Origin: a virus
Length of the DNA stretch: 64,000 nucleotides
Virus record (IMG/VR): IMGVR_UViG_3300027901_000001
Reading direction: 5' to 3' (one strand)
The notes below the pieces were generated by a model that was not told the DNA's origin, ran no database searches, and saw only the letters and a program-made list of their open reading frames with translations. Both the position numbers and the translations under genes were made by a program. Positions 1 to 8,905 of this stretch are shown in pieces. Each line of letters opens with the position of its first letter. The stretch's first letter is position 1.

Positions 1-345
1 CTCATCCAGGGCCTCTCCGATTGCTACCTTCGGGAACCGCCGCTTGAGCACTTGGATAAACTGCTCCGGCGTCATCTTCCGAATATCCAGGTCATAGGCT
101 AGGGTGTGGGCATCGCCCATGCTGTGCCGATACCCCCGGCCATTCTTCGTATAATGCACGGCCTGAGCCTTGAACCAGAGCCGCAAATCGCCATCGAGCG
201 AAGTGGCGTGCGGAATCTTCAGCGTCCGGCTGGACAGCTTCCAACCCTCCGACTCCAACTTGTCGAGAATGGCGTCCCTAGATTGTACGAAGGTCAGCCC
301 CTTACGCTCGTCCAGCGCTGTTTGTAGCTGCCCGCTCAATCCCAT
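1..345 (-). CDS. Leader-family protein (putative virion cargo), runs off window edge
   Basis: Translated by hand: MGLSGQLQTALDERKGLTFVQSRDAILDKLESEGW...VAIGEALDE; GGAGG RBS upstream; not in the ORF track. Confidence 0.75.
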   Translation of the reverse strand, partial: MGLSGQLQTALDERKGLTFVQSRDAILDKLESEGWKLSSRTLKIPHATSLDGDLRLWFKAQAVHYTKNGRGYRHSMGDAHTLAYDLDIRKMTPEQFIQVLKRRFPKVAIGEALDE

Positions 346-371
346 ATCGATCCTCCGCGCCAGTGGACTGC

Positions 372-608
372 TCAATACGCTCCCGCAACTTTCTTCACCT
401 CGTAGGGATTGTCTCCCAGGTGCTTCTTCGCCCAGGTATGAGCTTTGTCCGGAGAAGGAAAGACACCCCGCGTAAGCCTGGAAAAGGGTCCGGTCTTCTC
501 GGTTGGGTGCCACTTCGTTCGTTTTTTGGGGTCCGCCCACGGTATGACCACCGTGAAATAGCTCGCGCCTTCCTTCACGGCCTCTCTCAGTTGCGTGCTC
601 AGTCCCAT
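372..608 (-). CDS. Small leader-family protein
   Basis: Starts MGLSTQLREAVKEG; GGAGG RBS. Confidence 0.7.
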   Translation of the reverse strand: MGLSTQLREAVKEGASYFTVVIPWADPKKRTKWHPTEKTGPFSRLTRGVFPSPDKAHTWAKKHLGDNPYEVKKVAGAY

Positions 609-660
609 GCCGAACCTCCGTGTGGTCTTAGACTACCACCGACCGCGCCGCCGTCCCAAG

Positions 661-1656
661 TTATCCGGGATCACCTCGAATCCTTGGCCTCCAGGAGGAG
701 CCCTGAAGGGCAGGAGCGCCCCTTTCGTGGCACCACTGTATCCACTCCTCCGCCCGGCGAACGACCGTTTTCCAGGCCCCTACGGCTCCGCAACGGACGC
801 ATTTCACCTGACTGTCATCTTCGTGCCGACACTCACCCTCCTTACCGTGCTCCTCCAGTTTCATCCCGCGCAGCGCGCCGTATTTCTGCACCAACTTCAG
901 CTTGTAGGAGGCAATCTCCCACCTGGCCGCCAGAATCGGATCCACCACCCTGGCCGTCCGGTCCCCGGCCAACCAGCTCTCATCGTTTCCGCCCCGGCCG
1001 GATTCCAGTCCCTTTGAAGCGTACTTTGACGCCGCCACCACCGCTTTCTTCGAGCCCCTAGGGTCTTTACTTTTCACGCGCTGATCCTTCGGAGCCGGGT
1101 CACAATCCAGGGCCTGCACATCGCAGAATCCCACACGGCAGTCGACTGCCTTAGCGGCGCGCTCCAGCTTTGCCTTGGGAATCGCCGGACCGAAGTAAAT
1201 CAAATGCAGATGCACGTGGCCGCGTTTGGAGCATTCTATCGAACGCAGCATCGCCGCTCCGCGCTTCTTCAGCACCTTCTCCCATGTTTCACGTGAAACA
1301 CGCCCGGCCAGCAGCACACGCGACCGCAACGCCGTCGCCTCCAGGTCTTTCTCGTCTTCCGGGTCGTACTGGATCGTCACCGTCACGTTCTGCCAGTGAT
1401 AATTGTTATCACCCCCCAGCCGCTCAAACGCTTCCCCCATTAACTCGCTCACCCTGCGGGCGCGCACCCACGCGCACGCGGAGCAGCTCCGGCATTTACA
1501 CGTCCGCGTACCTTCAAAAGTCCCCGTGCCTTCCCTGTCCTTACCGCATTCCCCACAGCTCCGCACATACAACACCTGGCCGCACCGCATAAATTCTCCC
1601 ACCCGCTTCTCCTGGACACGCCTCTGGGCAACCGTATCCAGCTTGGCTAGCTCCAC
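661..1656 (-). CDS. HUH endonuclease, rolling-circle Rep-like (Rep_1/IS91-type Zn finger)
   Basis: Cys cluster CGECG...TCKCRSCSAC, motif I VTVT, HUH motif HVHLHLIY, Tyr motif KYASK; probable GTG start 1656 (ORF open to 1884). Confidence 0.7.
   Translation of the reverse strand: MELAKLDTVAQRRVQEKRVGEFMRCGQVLYVRSCGECGKDREGTGTFEGTRTCKCRSCSACAWVRARRVSELMGEAFERLGGDNNYHWQNVTVTIQYDPEDEKDLEATALRSRVLLAGRVSRETWEKVLKKRGAAMLRSIECSKRGHVHLHLIYFGPAIPKAKLERAAKAVDCRVGFCDVQALDCDPAPKDQRVKSKDPRGSKKAVVAASKYASKGLESGRGGNDESWLAGDRTARVVDPILAARWEIASYKLKLVQKYGALRGMKLEEHGKEGECRHEDDSQVKCVRCGAVGAWKTVVRRAEEWIQWCHERGAPALQGSSWRPRIRGDPG
1137..1150. repeat. 14-bp palindrome GGCAGTCGACTGCC, copy 1
   Basis: Perfect copy inside the Rep-like gene. 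Confidence 0.95.
1285..1300. promoter_or_regulatory. parS-like site TGTTTCACGTGAAACA
   Basis: Exact match to the widespread bacterial parS consensus. Confidence 0.75.
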
Positions 1657-2048
1657 TCGCCAGGCTCCCGCTACACCACGCCGATAGCCCCATTCCCCAC
1701 CGCTCCTCCGTTCGTGAAATCCCGTGTCATCCCACAGGGGTAGACATCTACCTCCTTCTTTATGAGCTGTCCGTTGATGCGCGCCGACGTACCTACCACC
1801 GCTCCGGACGCGCCGTTTTCGGCCGCCGTGAAGTGACAATACGTTGCAATAGCCGTCGCTATGGGGTAAATGGAGAGTGGCCACGGTCCCTGGCTATAAA
1901 TCGTGGCTTCCAGCCGGACGCCCTCGTCCCTTGCCGCGATGCCAACCACAACCTATATCCTTGGCACCGTGGGGCTGGTTCGCTAGCGCCCGGCCAGAAG
2001 GAATCTCCAGCTATAAGGGAGGGCCGACTTCGGATGCAAGCCTAAACG

Positions 2049-2360
2049 TCAGCCCCTCTTTCCATTTTCTATCCGGTCGAGCTTTTTGAACATCGCGTCG
2101 ATCCGGTTGGTGAGCGTGACGTAATCCCGTGTCCAGGTTTCACGGTCCACAAATTGCTTCATGGAATCACGTTCGGACTCAACAATCTTCCGATCAATCT
2201 CAGAAATTTTCTTGGCCAACTCTCCGATGCGGCCGTCTTGTTCCTCATTCTTTTTTTGGCTCGTAGCGATCACGACTCGAATCAGGTAACCGATCGTGGC
2301 CATTAAAATGGCGATAATCCCCCCGATTGCCGTGAGCATCCAAGCTGATATTTGCAGCAT
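2049..2360 (-). CDS. Single-TM coiled-coil protein (possibly holin-associated)
   Basis: N-terminal hydrophobic helix followed by a coiled coil. Confidence 0.5.
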   Translation of the reverse strand: MLQISAWMLTAIGGIIAILMATIGYLIRVVIATSQKKNEEQDGRIGELAKKISEIDRKIVESERDSMKQFVDRETWTRDYVTLTNRIDAMFKKLDRIENGKRG

Positions 2361-2378
2361 GTACGTTCCCAGTTAGCA

Positions 2379-2756
2379 TCATCCTTCGTACGCAAGGCCG
2401 AAAACGAGCTTCTCCAGCAACCGTCCATCGTGGTGCATCGACTCGTCTATAAAGGCACTCGCACCAGCGCGCATGGCATCGACCTCACAATCATCATCGT
2501 CAGCCATCACAATAACAGGGAGGTCGCGTTCCGACCACTTTTTACGCAGACTCCGAAGGAACTCAAAACTGGGATCGGCTAATAGATTCACGATGAGCAC
2601 ATGAGGATTGTCAGGATAACCGTTCGTTGGAGGCACAGTATCTCGCTTGACAATAGCGCCGACCCGCTCCTCCAGAAAGCTGGCAATCCGCTGTGCCCAG
2701 GATTCCTCACCCACCATCCGGACTTTAATTTGAGGAGGGCGGTTCGAGATGCTCAT
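2379..2756 (-). CDS. Pseudo-receiver (REC-like) domain protein
   Basis: VLIVNL...FEFLRSLRK...LPVIVMA...AMRAGASAFI; the phospho-Asp position is Asn. Confidence 0.6.
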   Translation of the reverse strand: MSISNRPPQIKVRMVGEESWAQRIASFLEERVGAIVKRDTVPPTNGYPDNPHVLIVNLLADPSFEFLRSLRKKWSERDLPVIVMADDDDCEVDAMRAGASAFIDESMHHDGRLLEKLVFGLAYEG

Positions 2757-2798
2757 GCTGAACCTACCCATATCATACCCGTCGCTACGGGGCGACCG

Positions 2799-3275
2799 TC
2801 AAGGTTTGTCACCCTTTGGGGTGATATCTGGTAGCTTTTTCGATCCGCCGTCGCCCAGCCGCCTCACCCGCTGGGCTCTCTCCATCAGCTCCAGTAGGTA
2901 AGCAGGGTCGGCCAGGACCTTGTTGATCTCTTCCGGATCAAAACCCGGCGGCATCCAAACCACGACCAGTGTGGGGACCAGATGGCGGATGTCGTCCTCG
3001 CGCTCAATGTAGGCTTTCCGAGCGTTGATGGCGTATTTCTCCACCTGGTCTGGGTCGCCGTGCTTCAGGACCTGGCGCGTAGCTGCGTCGAAGGCGATGG
3101 CAATCTGGTTGCCGTACTCCTCGATGACCACGCCCTTGCGGAAGAGCTGGTATCGGCCGCCGTCCAGGACATAGAAGGTGCCGGTAATAGGATCACCCTT
3201 GGCGTTGCGCTGGGCCGCTTCAAGCCGGGCCTGCCAGTCGATCGGCCCGGAGCCGCCGGTCCAGAAATCGGTCAC
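2799..3275 (-). CDS. Hypothetical protein
   Basis: ORF with GAGG RBS in a tight minus-strand operon. Confidence 0.6.
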   Translation of the reverse strand: MTDFWTGGSGPIDWQARLEAAQRNAKGDPITGTFYVLDGGRYQLFRKGVVIEEYGNQIAIAFDAATRQVLKHGDPDQVEKYAINARKAYIEREDDIRHLVPTLVVVWMPPGFDPEEINKVLADPAYLLELMERAQRVRRLGDGGSKKLPDITPKGDKP

Positions 3276-3345
3276 CTCACAGCCTCAGTGCCCATAGTTG
3301 TACCCCAGCAGGTAGAGCTGGCCGTCGGGACCGTCTCGGGTGAAG

Positions 3346-3747
3346 TCAGAGCATCAGCCATGCTTCTATTCCTTTCCATATCCAGTAAAGCAGATTACCA
3401 ACGATCCCCATGAAGCCCACCAAGAACAGGTAGCCAGTCCAGTCTCGGCGCATTCGCTTTCTACAAACGCCGTCGAACTCGTGATCGACTATCTGCTTGC
3501 GCACCACCCACACCACCGAACCGTCCTTGCGCAGGTCGGTCCTGGGCTCAGGAGCTATGGGGACTTCTTCGACCACCTGCCAACACTCCACGCATTTGGT
3601 CTTGAAGGTCTCACCCTCGAACTCCTTACGGTAACCACCCAGGATGACCCCCGAACCTCTGCACTTAGCCATGCCGCCCACTACCTTTCCACTTATTCCC
3701 TCGCGCCAACTGGGCCATATCCAATCTTCCACGCACTTTGAGGCCAT
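3346..3747 (-). CDS. Hypothetical protein with CxxC and C-terminal TM helix
   Basis: CVECW motif; hydrophobic tail. Confidence 0.5.
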   Translation of the reverse strand: MASKCVEDWIWPSWREGISGKVVGGMAKCRGSGVILGGYRKEFEGETFKTKCVECWQVVEEVPIAPEPRTDLRKDGSVVWVVRKQIVDHEFDGVCRKRMRRDWTGYLFLVGFMGIVGNLLYWIWKGIEAWLML

Positions 3748-3748
3748 T

Positions 3749-4168
3749 CTATAAGCCAGCCCGTAGGTAGTAACACTTGGGATGCTTGCTGCTCTTAAGA
3801 TGCTTCATCTTTTCGCCTTGCGGCACGTAGGTCGGATACGCGAACTGCTTGCGCGTCCCGAGCCGCACGAACCGCCGCCCGTCGGACAGGTACGGCCTGA
3901 TTCCAAGCTCCGGATTGCCCTTCCAGGTCCGACTGAGCCACACCCCTTTGGGGGTCTTCTTCACCACCTGGTACTCCTCCAGCTCCACCGTCAGCCGGTA
4001 GCCAGGATACGGGTTGTCGAACTCGTCAGCGCCCAGAGACCACCGGCGTTCCTCGTAGCGGTAGAAATACTCGGTCTCTGGCGCGGCGGGGACCTCTGCC
4101 TGCTGGAGGGCAGCCGTCACGCTACATGCCTCCAGCGATGTCCCCTGACAATCCTCGATATCTCCCAC
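3749..4168 (-). CDS. Hypothetical phage protein
   Basis: FYRYEE...VVKKTPKGVWL...FAYPT pattern; start uncertain. Confidence 0.5.
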   Translation of the reverse strand: MGDIEDCQGTSLEACSVTAALQQAEVPAAPETEYFYRYEERRWSLGADEFDNPYPGYRLTVELEEYQVVKKTPKGVWLSRTWKGNPELGIRPYLSDGRRFVRLGTRKQFAYPTYVPQGEKMKHLKSSKHPKCYYLRAGL

Positions 4169-4608
4169 TGACCAATATCGTACTCTCGCCCCAGTGCTCT
4201 CTGCGTGACTCCCCCAGCGGCGTAACGCCTTTTAATTTCCTTCACCTGCGATTCCGTCAGCTTAGAATTGCCCTGAATCTCTCCCTTGATGTGCCGCCCT
4301 TTCTCCATCGCGTCCTTTACGTTGTCGTACTGACTTCCAGAAACCAGGTGTAGAGGATTACAGCAGAGTCGATTGTCACAGGTATGGCGGATAACGGTTC
4401 CATGAGGCCCCTCTCCTTTGGGGATAGCCCCATGCTCAATCACAAAGGCCACCCGATGAGCCAACCTTTTGGCTTGTTCTGAAGCCAACCAAAAAGACCC
4501 GTACCCACGAATCACAGATTTTCCTATCCAGTTCCAACACGCCTTCTCACCGCCGCTTTTGTCCACCTTAGACCAGAACCGACGCCGATCCCTCTCTGTC
4601 AAAATCAT
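4117..4608 (-). CDS. HNH homing endonuclease
   Basis: RFWSKVDK..CWNW..GYG..AHRVAF..RHTCDNRLCCNPLHL..GNSKLTE. Confidence 0.9.
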   Translation of the reverse strand: MILTERDRRRFWSKVDKSGGEKACWNWIGKSVIRGYGSFWLASEQAKRLAHRVAFVIEHGAIPKGEGPHGTVIRHTCDNRLCCNPLHLVSGSQYDNVKDAMEKGRHIKGEIQGNSKLTESQVKEIKRRYAAGGVTQRALGREYDIGQWEISRIVRGHRWRHVA

Positions 4609-4631
4609 GCCATGCAGTTACCAGAATATGC

Positions 4632-5660
4632 CTACCCAGGCAAGTCACGCGGCATCAGTGCGTGCGGTCCATCGAAGAGTGCCCAGCTCCACAAGCCGGA
4701 GGCCCGCGCCGCCGACCGGGTGCGCTGGTACCGGCCGGTCTTGATGTCATCGTCCCACCGGCCATAGCTGGAGTTGCCCAGCAGCCGGATGAGCTTTTTG
4801 GGGTCGAGCTGCCCGTCCCTTGTCCGGGCGCGTTTGATGGCTTTATTGGCAACGGCTGGGGCGTTAACCGAATGACAATGGTACATGCACATGGCCAAGT
4901 CTTCTGCGGCCCCGATATTCCTGCCCACTATCAGGCTGGTGATTTCCTTACCATCATAGGCCCATTCGAGAGGACGTTTCCTGGTGCGTTCCACTAAGTG
5001 CTCCTTGCCGAACTCGGCCTGGGCGCGGAACCCGTCCGGATGGCTGAAAACCAAGTGGAACATCCTGGCCCACTCAGCAGCCCTGTCCCGGTTGAATGGG
5101 CCGTCCACCTTACCCTTCACCGGCGTCAACGCATCACGAATCTCGAAGCCGTACACGATGTCCCCAGCATCGCAAATGACCCCAGGCTCCCTTCCCTTGT
5201 CCTTCGCGTACCGCAGCACACCATCTTGAGCCAGGTACCAACCCTGGACCTCCAGGGCCTGCCAGAGCTGCCCCAGGCACGCCCGGTAGCTCGCGTCCCC
5301 CTGGACACACTCCAGCCGCCTGAGCAGCTTCCAGAGGCCGCCCTGGTCGTCCTTGGCATCGTAGTCCTCGTTCGCCAGCTCCTTGGGGTAGACGGCGATG
5401 TGCTGGTCCAGCCCGGCCGTCATGCCGGTGCCGTCGTAAGCGATGACCGAACCGAACTTCGCGCCGGTCTCCACCTTGGCCGTGAGCCAGAAGGCCCGGT
5501 CCACGTGGTGATCCCGGCGTTCCGGCGGCAGCTCGTAGAGCACAGTGCCCTGGATCATCGGCCCGTAGTAGGACCGGAATTTGCGCCACTGGACCTTGGG
5601 CTCTGATCTCCCCACCTTCCGTGGGGAGAACCCTCTCTTTTCCCACTCGCTTTTTTTCAT
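4632..5660 (-). CDS. Putative lysozyme-like hydrolase/endolysin
   Basis: VETGAKFGSVIAYDGTGMTAGLDQ resembles the E...YD..G.T.G..Q core of lysozyme-fold enzymes. Confidence 0.4.
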   Translation of the reverse strand: MKKSEWEKRGFSPRKVGRSEPKVQWRKFRSYYGPMIQGTVLYELPPERRDHHVDRAFWLTAKVETGAKFGSVIAYDGTGMTAGLDQHIAVYPKELANEDYDAKDDQGGLWKLLRRLECVQGDASYRACLGQLWQALEVQGWYLAQDGVLRYAKDKGREPGVICDAGDIVYGFEIRDALTPVKGKVDGPFNRDRAAEWARMFHLVFSHPDGFRAQAEFGKEHLVERTRKRPLEWAYDGKEITSLIVGRNIGAAEDLAMCMYHCHSVNAPAVANKAIKRARTRDGQLDPKKLIRLLGNSSYGRWDDDIKTGRYQRTRSAARASGLWSWALFDGPHALMPRDLPG

Positions 5661-6325
5661 GGCTGCTCCGCGTCGCCGAACAGCATCTTGCCCTGGGTCG
5701 GACGGTCCCCGGCACGTTCCTTGAAGACGTACCCGTCGCCGTCCTGGGTGATCTCGTTCTCGGCCACCAGCCGCTTCAGCTCGGCCTCGACCGCGATGAG
5801 GTCGCCGCCCTCCCAGACCAGTTGCTCCTTAGTCAGGGCCTTGGGATGGGCCGCCGCCAAAGCGATAATGATCCGGTCGCTGATAGAGGGCTCCGTGGCC
5901 GCCTCCGATGGAACAGTGGTGACCAGCTCGATCGTGCGCTGGCCTCGCTTACCCGACCGCTTGAGCCGCCCCTTTTTTTCCAGACGCAGAATAGCCGACT
6001 GCACGGACTTCTCGGTCATACCAGGATACTTACGTCGCGTTCGATCGATCAAGATGGACTCGCGCTGTACGGGAGCCCCTTTGGTCAACTCGGTGAGCTG
6101 TTCGTAGACGTGCGTCTCCACGTTCCGATTCCGGCCACTAGGCTCGCTTTTACCCAGAATGTTATCGATGCGCGTCAACTCTTGTTCGACCTTTCCCAGC
6201 TCGTTGATGGTGTCATCGCGGAGTCTCTCCAGCTCCCCCTTCCGCGTCATCAGTTCCTCGCGCACCTGCCGAATCCCAGCCAAGTAATCATCAAGAGTAC
6301 GGGCCTTCCACGGTTCCTCTGACAT
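5657..6325 (-). CDS. Coiled-coil plus two winged-helix domains
   Basis: Heptad N-terminus; SVQSAILRLEKKGRL and VEAELKRLVAENEI wHTH-like segments. Confidence 0.55.
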   Translation of the reverse strand: MSEEPWKARTLDDYLAGIRQVREELMTRKGELERLRDDTINELGKVEQELTRIDNILGKSEPSGRNRNVETHVYEQLTELTKGAPVQRESILIDRTRRKYPGMTEKSVQSAILRLEKKGRLKRSGKRGQRTIELVTTVPSEAATEPSISDRIIIALAAAHPKALTKEQLVWEGGDLIAVEAELKRLVAENEITQDGDGYVFKERAGDRPTQGKMLFGDAEQP

Positions 6326-6603
6326 CAGCTTCCTCCCTTCCCAGGAGTAATAATTCTCTTCTCCGGGGCCGCCCCCAGCGGCTGCCCTTCGTGCCCCTTG
6401 ACGTGCTTCAGCTCGTGCTTCTCCAGCACCTTAGCCAGGGGCGTGATATCGTAACCCTCCGTCGGTTTTTTCGGATTGTGGTAGTCGATGAGGCAGACGA
6501 ACACCGCCCGCTCGCCCTTGAACTCGCCCTCCACGCACGCGGTCGGAAACCGGGGATCGGAGAGCAGTTGAGCAACAACCTTTTCCTCTTTGGATAGTGG
6601 CAT
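6325..6603 (-). CDS. Hypothetical protein
   Basis: ORF directly downstream of a promoter. Confidence 0.6.
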   Translation of the reverse strand: MPLSKEEKVVAQLLSDPRFPTACVEGEFKGERAVFVCLIDYHNPKKPTEGYDITPLAKVLEKHELKHVKGHEGQPLGAAPEKRIITPGKGGS

Positions 6604-6612
6604 GGTTATCTG

Positions 6613-6640
6613 ATACTACTGGATGACAAGCGATAGTCAA
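6613..6640 (-). promoter_or_regulatory. sigma70-type promoter TTGACT-N16-TAGTAT
   Basis: Shares 20 identical bp with the promoter at 44849-44877. Confidence 0.65.
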
Positions 6641-6981
6641 GGCTTCGGACGCTCTTCCCAAACCCCGAGCGCCTTCCGGACTTTTTTGTGCGCCTTTCTC
6701 CACGCACCCGTACTGGGACCGATGGCGTCGCCGTGATCGATGAGCGCGGCCAGTACAGCGCGGCCCTGGCCTTCAGTCAGACGCACGACGATCGGAGCGT
6801 GCTCGCTGCTGCCACATTCTTCCCAGTCCCGGTGAGCCTGGATCAACTTCGCCTTGGCCACCTCCAGCGTGGCCTCGCTCTTACCGCTGAGAGGGCTACA
6901 GATCACCGACTTCACCACCACCATGTATTGGGGATGGGTCAGCTCCAGGACGATCTGTTTGCGCGGCCGACCGCCCATCAA
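6637..6981 (-). CDS. Hypothetical protein with internal two-unit repeat
   Basis: LELTHPQYMVVVKS and VRLTEGQGRAVLAA units. Confidence 0.55.
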   Translation of the reverse strand: MMGGRPRKQIVLELTHPQYMVVVKSVICSPLSGKSEATLEVAKAKLIQAHRDWEECGSSEHAPIVVRLTEGQGRAVLAALIDHGDAIGPSTGAWRKAHKKVRKALGVWEERPKP

Positions 6982-7385
6982 TCCTCCGGCTCGGCCTCAA
7001 ATTCCTCGCAGGTCACGTGCTTCAGGTTGAGCAGGTTACCGATCAGCTCCGCCAAGACCACGGCGTCGGACAGGCCGACCCCGAGCTTCTCCTGGACCGA
7101 GCTGTAGTGAAGAAGGTGGTGCACGCCGCCGACCAGCATGGCGGTCCCGAAGCCCCCGTTGACCTTCGCCACCAGGTAGGTGTCCCGCTGGTCTCCTGTG
7201 CCCAGCGCGTTGCGTAGCTCGGAGCTGGACGCTGGCTCCGCCACTCTGGTAATCACCAGCATGTAGCGCGTGCCGTTGCCCGGCTGGTACTCGACGATCC
7301 GCACCTTATGGAACGAGTCCAACGAGTCGAGAACGATTCCCTCCTCGACTGTCGACTTGGTTCTGATATCATATCCCTTCGGCAT
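6978..7385 (-). CDS. Hypothetical protein
   Basis: ORF with GGAG RBS; contains YQPGNGTRY. Confidence 0.6.
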   Translation of the reverse strand: MPKGYDIRTKSTVEEGIVLDSLDSFHKVRIVEYQPGNGTRYMLVITRVAEPASSSELRNALGTGDQRDTYLVAKVNGGFGTAMLVGGVHHLLHYSSVQEKLGVGLSDAVVLAELIGNLLNLKHVTCEEFEAEPED

Positions 7386-7405
7386 TTTCTTCTCCAGATA
7401 AGGTG

Positions 7406-7442
7406 GGGGTCCCCTCCAGCAGGATCATCCGGAGGGGACCCC
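7406..7442. other. Intergenic 12-bp perfect stem-loop
   Basis: GGGGTCCCCTCC-N13-GGAGGGGACCCC, no U-tract. Confidence 0.6.
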
Positions 7443-7467
7443 GGTTTTGGAAGTAGGGATTGTGGCG

Positions 7468-7929
7468 TTAAGCCGCCTCTTCGAGACGGTCAACCTCTTT
7501 CGCCTTGACCTCAACCTTGGCAATAACTTTCCCGGCCCGCGTCTTCTCGGGCAGCTTCTCCAGGCCGTCTCTCACGGTCTTTTCGGCCGCGTCCAGGTCA
7601 GCAATCTCGCGGATCGCTTCGATGGCGCGCTCCCGTTCCTTGCCCTTGAGCTTCTCAATCTCCAGGGCTTTGGTCATGGCCTTGATAAGGGCCTCGATGG
7701 CCGCCTCGCGGGTGATGCCCGCATAGCGCACGAATAGCGCCAAAGCGACCTTCAACGGAATGTCCACGGTGGGAATGTACTTCTCATCCACCAGGACGTT
7801 CACGATGCCCTGGTAGGCCAGCGTGACCTCGCCCTCGATCTCGTGCTCGCCGGGCTTCAGGTCGCCTCTGACCTTCTTGGCCTTCTTCCCCAGCTCCTTG
7901 CTGAGTGCCGTTAGAATCAATGCGTCCAT
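7468..7929 (-). CDS. Hypothetical protein
   Basis: GGAAGGAGGG RBS and promoter upstream. Confidence 0.65.
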   Translation of the reverse strand: MDALILTALSKELGKKAKKVRGDLKPGEHEIEGEVTLAYQGIVNVLVDEKYIPTVDIPLKVALALFVRYAGITREAAIEALIKAMTKALEIEKLKGKERERAIEAIREIADLDAAEKTVRDGLEKLPEKTRAGKVIAKVEVKAKEVDRLEEAA

Positions 7930-7954
7930 AGAAATTCCCTCCTTCCTTCTATCT

Positions 7955-8005
7955 AAAATAATACGGTCAGGAGAGATTGTCAAGAACGCTTTTCGGCGTT
8001 ATATT
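7955..8005. promoter_or_regulatory. Overlapping divergent sigma70-type promoters
   Basis: Minus strand TTGACA-N17-TATTTT; plus strand TTGTCA-N17-TATATT; the -35 hexamers overlap. Confidence 0.7.
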
Positions 8006-8024
8006 GAGAATTGGAAGGAGGGAT

Positions 8025-8204
8025 ATGATCAAGGCCACGGAAAACGGTGAGCCCTCGGAGCTGGCCGAACTGAAGGAGCTGCGAGCCATTATCAGAGAAG
8101 AGTTACAGGAACGGCCGACGCCCCAGGAGCGCCAGGAGTTGCTAAGAGAGCTGGCAAAGGTCCAGGAAAAAATCACGCACCTGGGCACCGTTCTGTACGA
8201 ATAA
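8025..8204 (+). CDS. Small coiled-coil protein
   Basis: GGAAGGAGGG RBS, ATG at 8025. Confidence 0.6.
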   Translation: MIKATENGEPSELAELKELRAIIREELQERPTPQERQELLRELAKVQEKITHLGTVLYE

Positions 8205-8261
8205 ACCTCCCGATAATCCCGAGATGTTGGGAAATTAGCGGTTTTCCTATACCGTAGTGCT

Positions 8262-8549
8262 ATGTCCGAAACGGCCCGAATCCTCCATACCTGGGGCAGC
8301 CAGGCTGTCATCGAGCGCACCTCCGATGACGGCAAGGTCCGCATCCAGGGTGCCTCCCTGGTCCGGGAAGGCCAACCCCTCAACGACATGGAGGAGGTCC
8401 TCCAGCTCTCCAGACGTGAAGACGACCCGCAGCGGTTCGATGTCACGGTGCTGCACAAGGGGCCTGCTCGGGCCGCCAGCCCGCGCTACCGGGAGAACCA
8501 CGAAGCCATCTTCGGGCAGACCAGGGCGGAGAAGCAGCTCCTAAATTGA
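8262..8549 (+). CDS. Hypothetical protein
   Basis: ORF ending SPRYRENHEAIFG. Confidence 0.55.
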   Translation: MSETARILHTWGSQAVIERTSDDGKVRIQGASLVREGQPLNDMEEVLQLSRREDDPQRFDVTVLHKGPARAASPRYRENHEAIFGQTRAEKQLLN

Positions 8550-8554
8550 CACCA

Positions 8555-8568
8555 GGCAGTCGACTGCC
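8555..8568. repeat. 14-bp palindrome, copy 2
   Basis: Perfect copy between a stop (8549) and the next start. Confidence 0.95.
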
Positions 8569-8581
8569 GGATACTCGGGTC

Positions 8582-8905
8582 ATGGAAAAGATGACCCCAG
8601 AATCCCTCCGCGACGCGATTCATCAGGTCGCTGGTGAAGCCAACGCCCCGCACACCCCCCCTCACCTGATACAGGAAAGGCAGGAACTGGATGAGGCTGT
8701 CCTCACAGCAAAAGACGTTCCCAAACTGCTAAAAAGCGCTGCTCTCTCCCACGCAGGAACCGCCGTAAAAGGCGTAATCGGACTACTGGGAACCCTGGAG
8801 AAATTCGACAAGAAACATCGTTTGGTATCGAAACAGGACTTCGACGCCATCCAGCAAGCCAGCTACAAGCTCGATAGCGTCTGGCGGAAACTTAAAAAGG
8901 CTTAG
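8582..8905 (+). CDS. Hypothetical helical protein, leader-like N-terminus
   Basis: ESLRDAIHQVAGEA...QELDEAV. Confidence 0.5.
   Translation: MEKMTPESLRDAIHQVAGEANAPHTPPHLIQERQELDEAVLTAKDVPKLLKSAALSHAGTAVKGVIGLLGTLEKFDKKHRLVSKQDFDAIQQASYKLDSVWRKLKKA

Noticed and set aside
1660-2045. Defined double-strand origin for the Rep-like protein
   Set aside because: There are only short hairpins (GGTAGA-CA-TCTACC, ATAGC-CGTC-GCTAT) and no match to a pC194/phiX-type CTTGATA nick site.
2049-5660. A complete lysis cassette
   Set aside because: The endolysin call is motif-level only, the TM protein is separated from it by several genes, and no spanin pair is evident.
8582-8905. Membership of this ORF in the leader family
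   Set aside because: ESLRDAIHQVAGE only loosely fits the consensus and the gene is on the opposite strand. It is kept as a possible member only and not counted among the ten.
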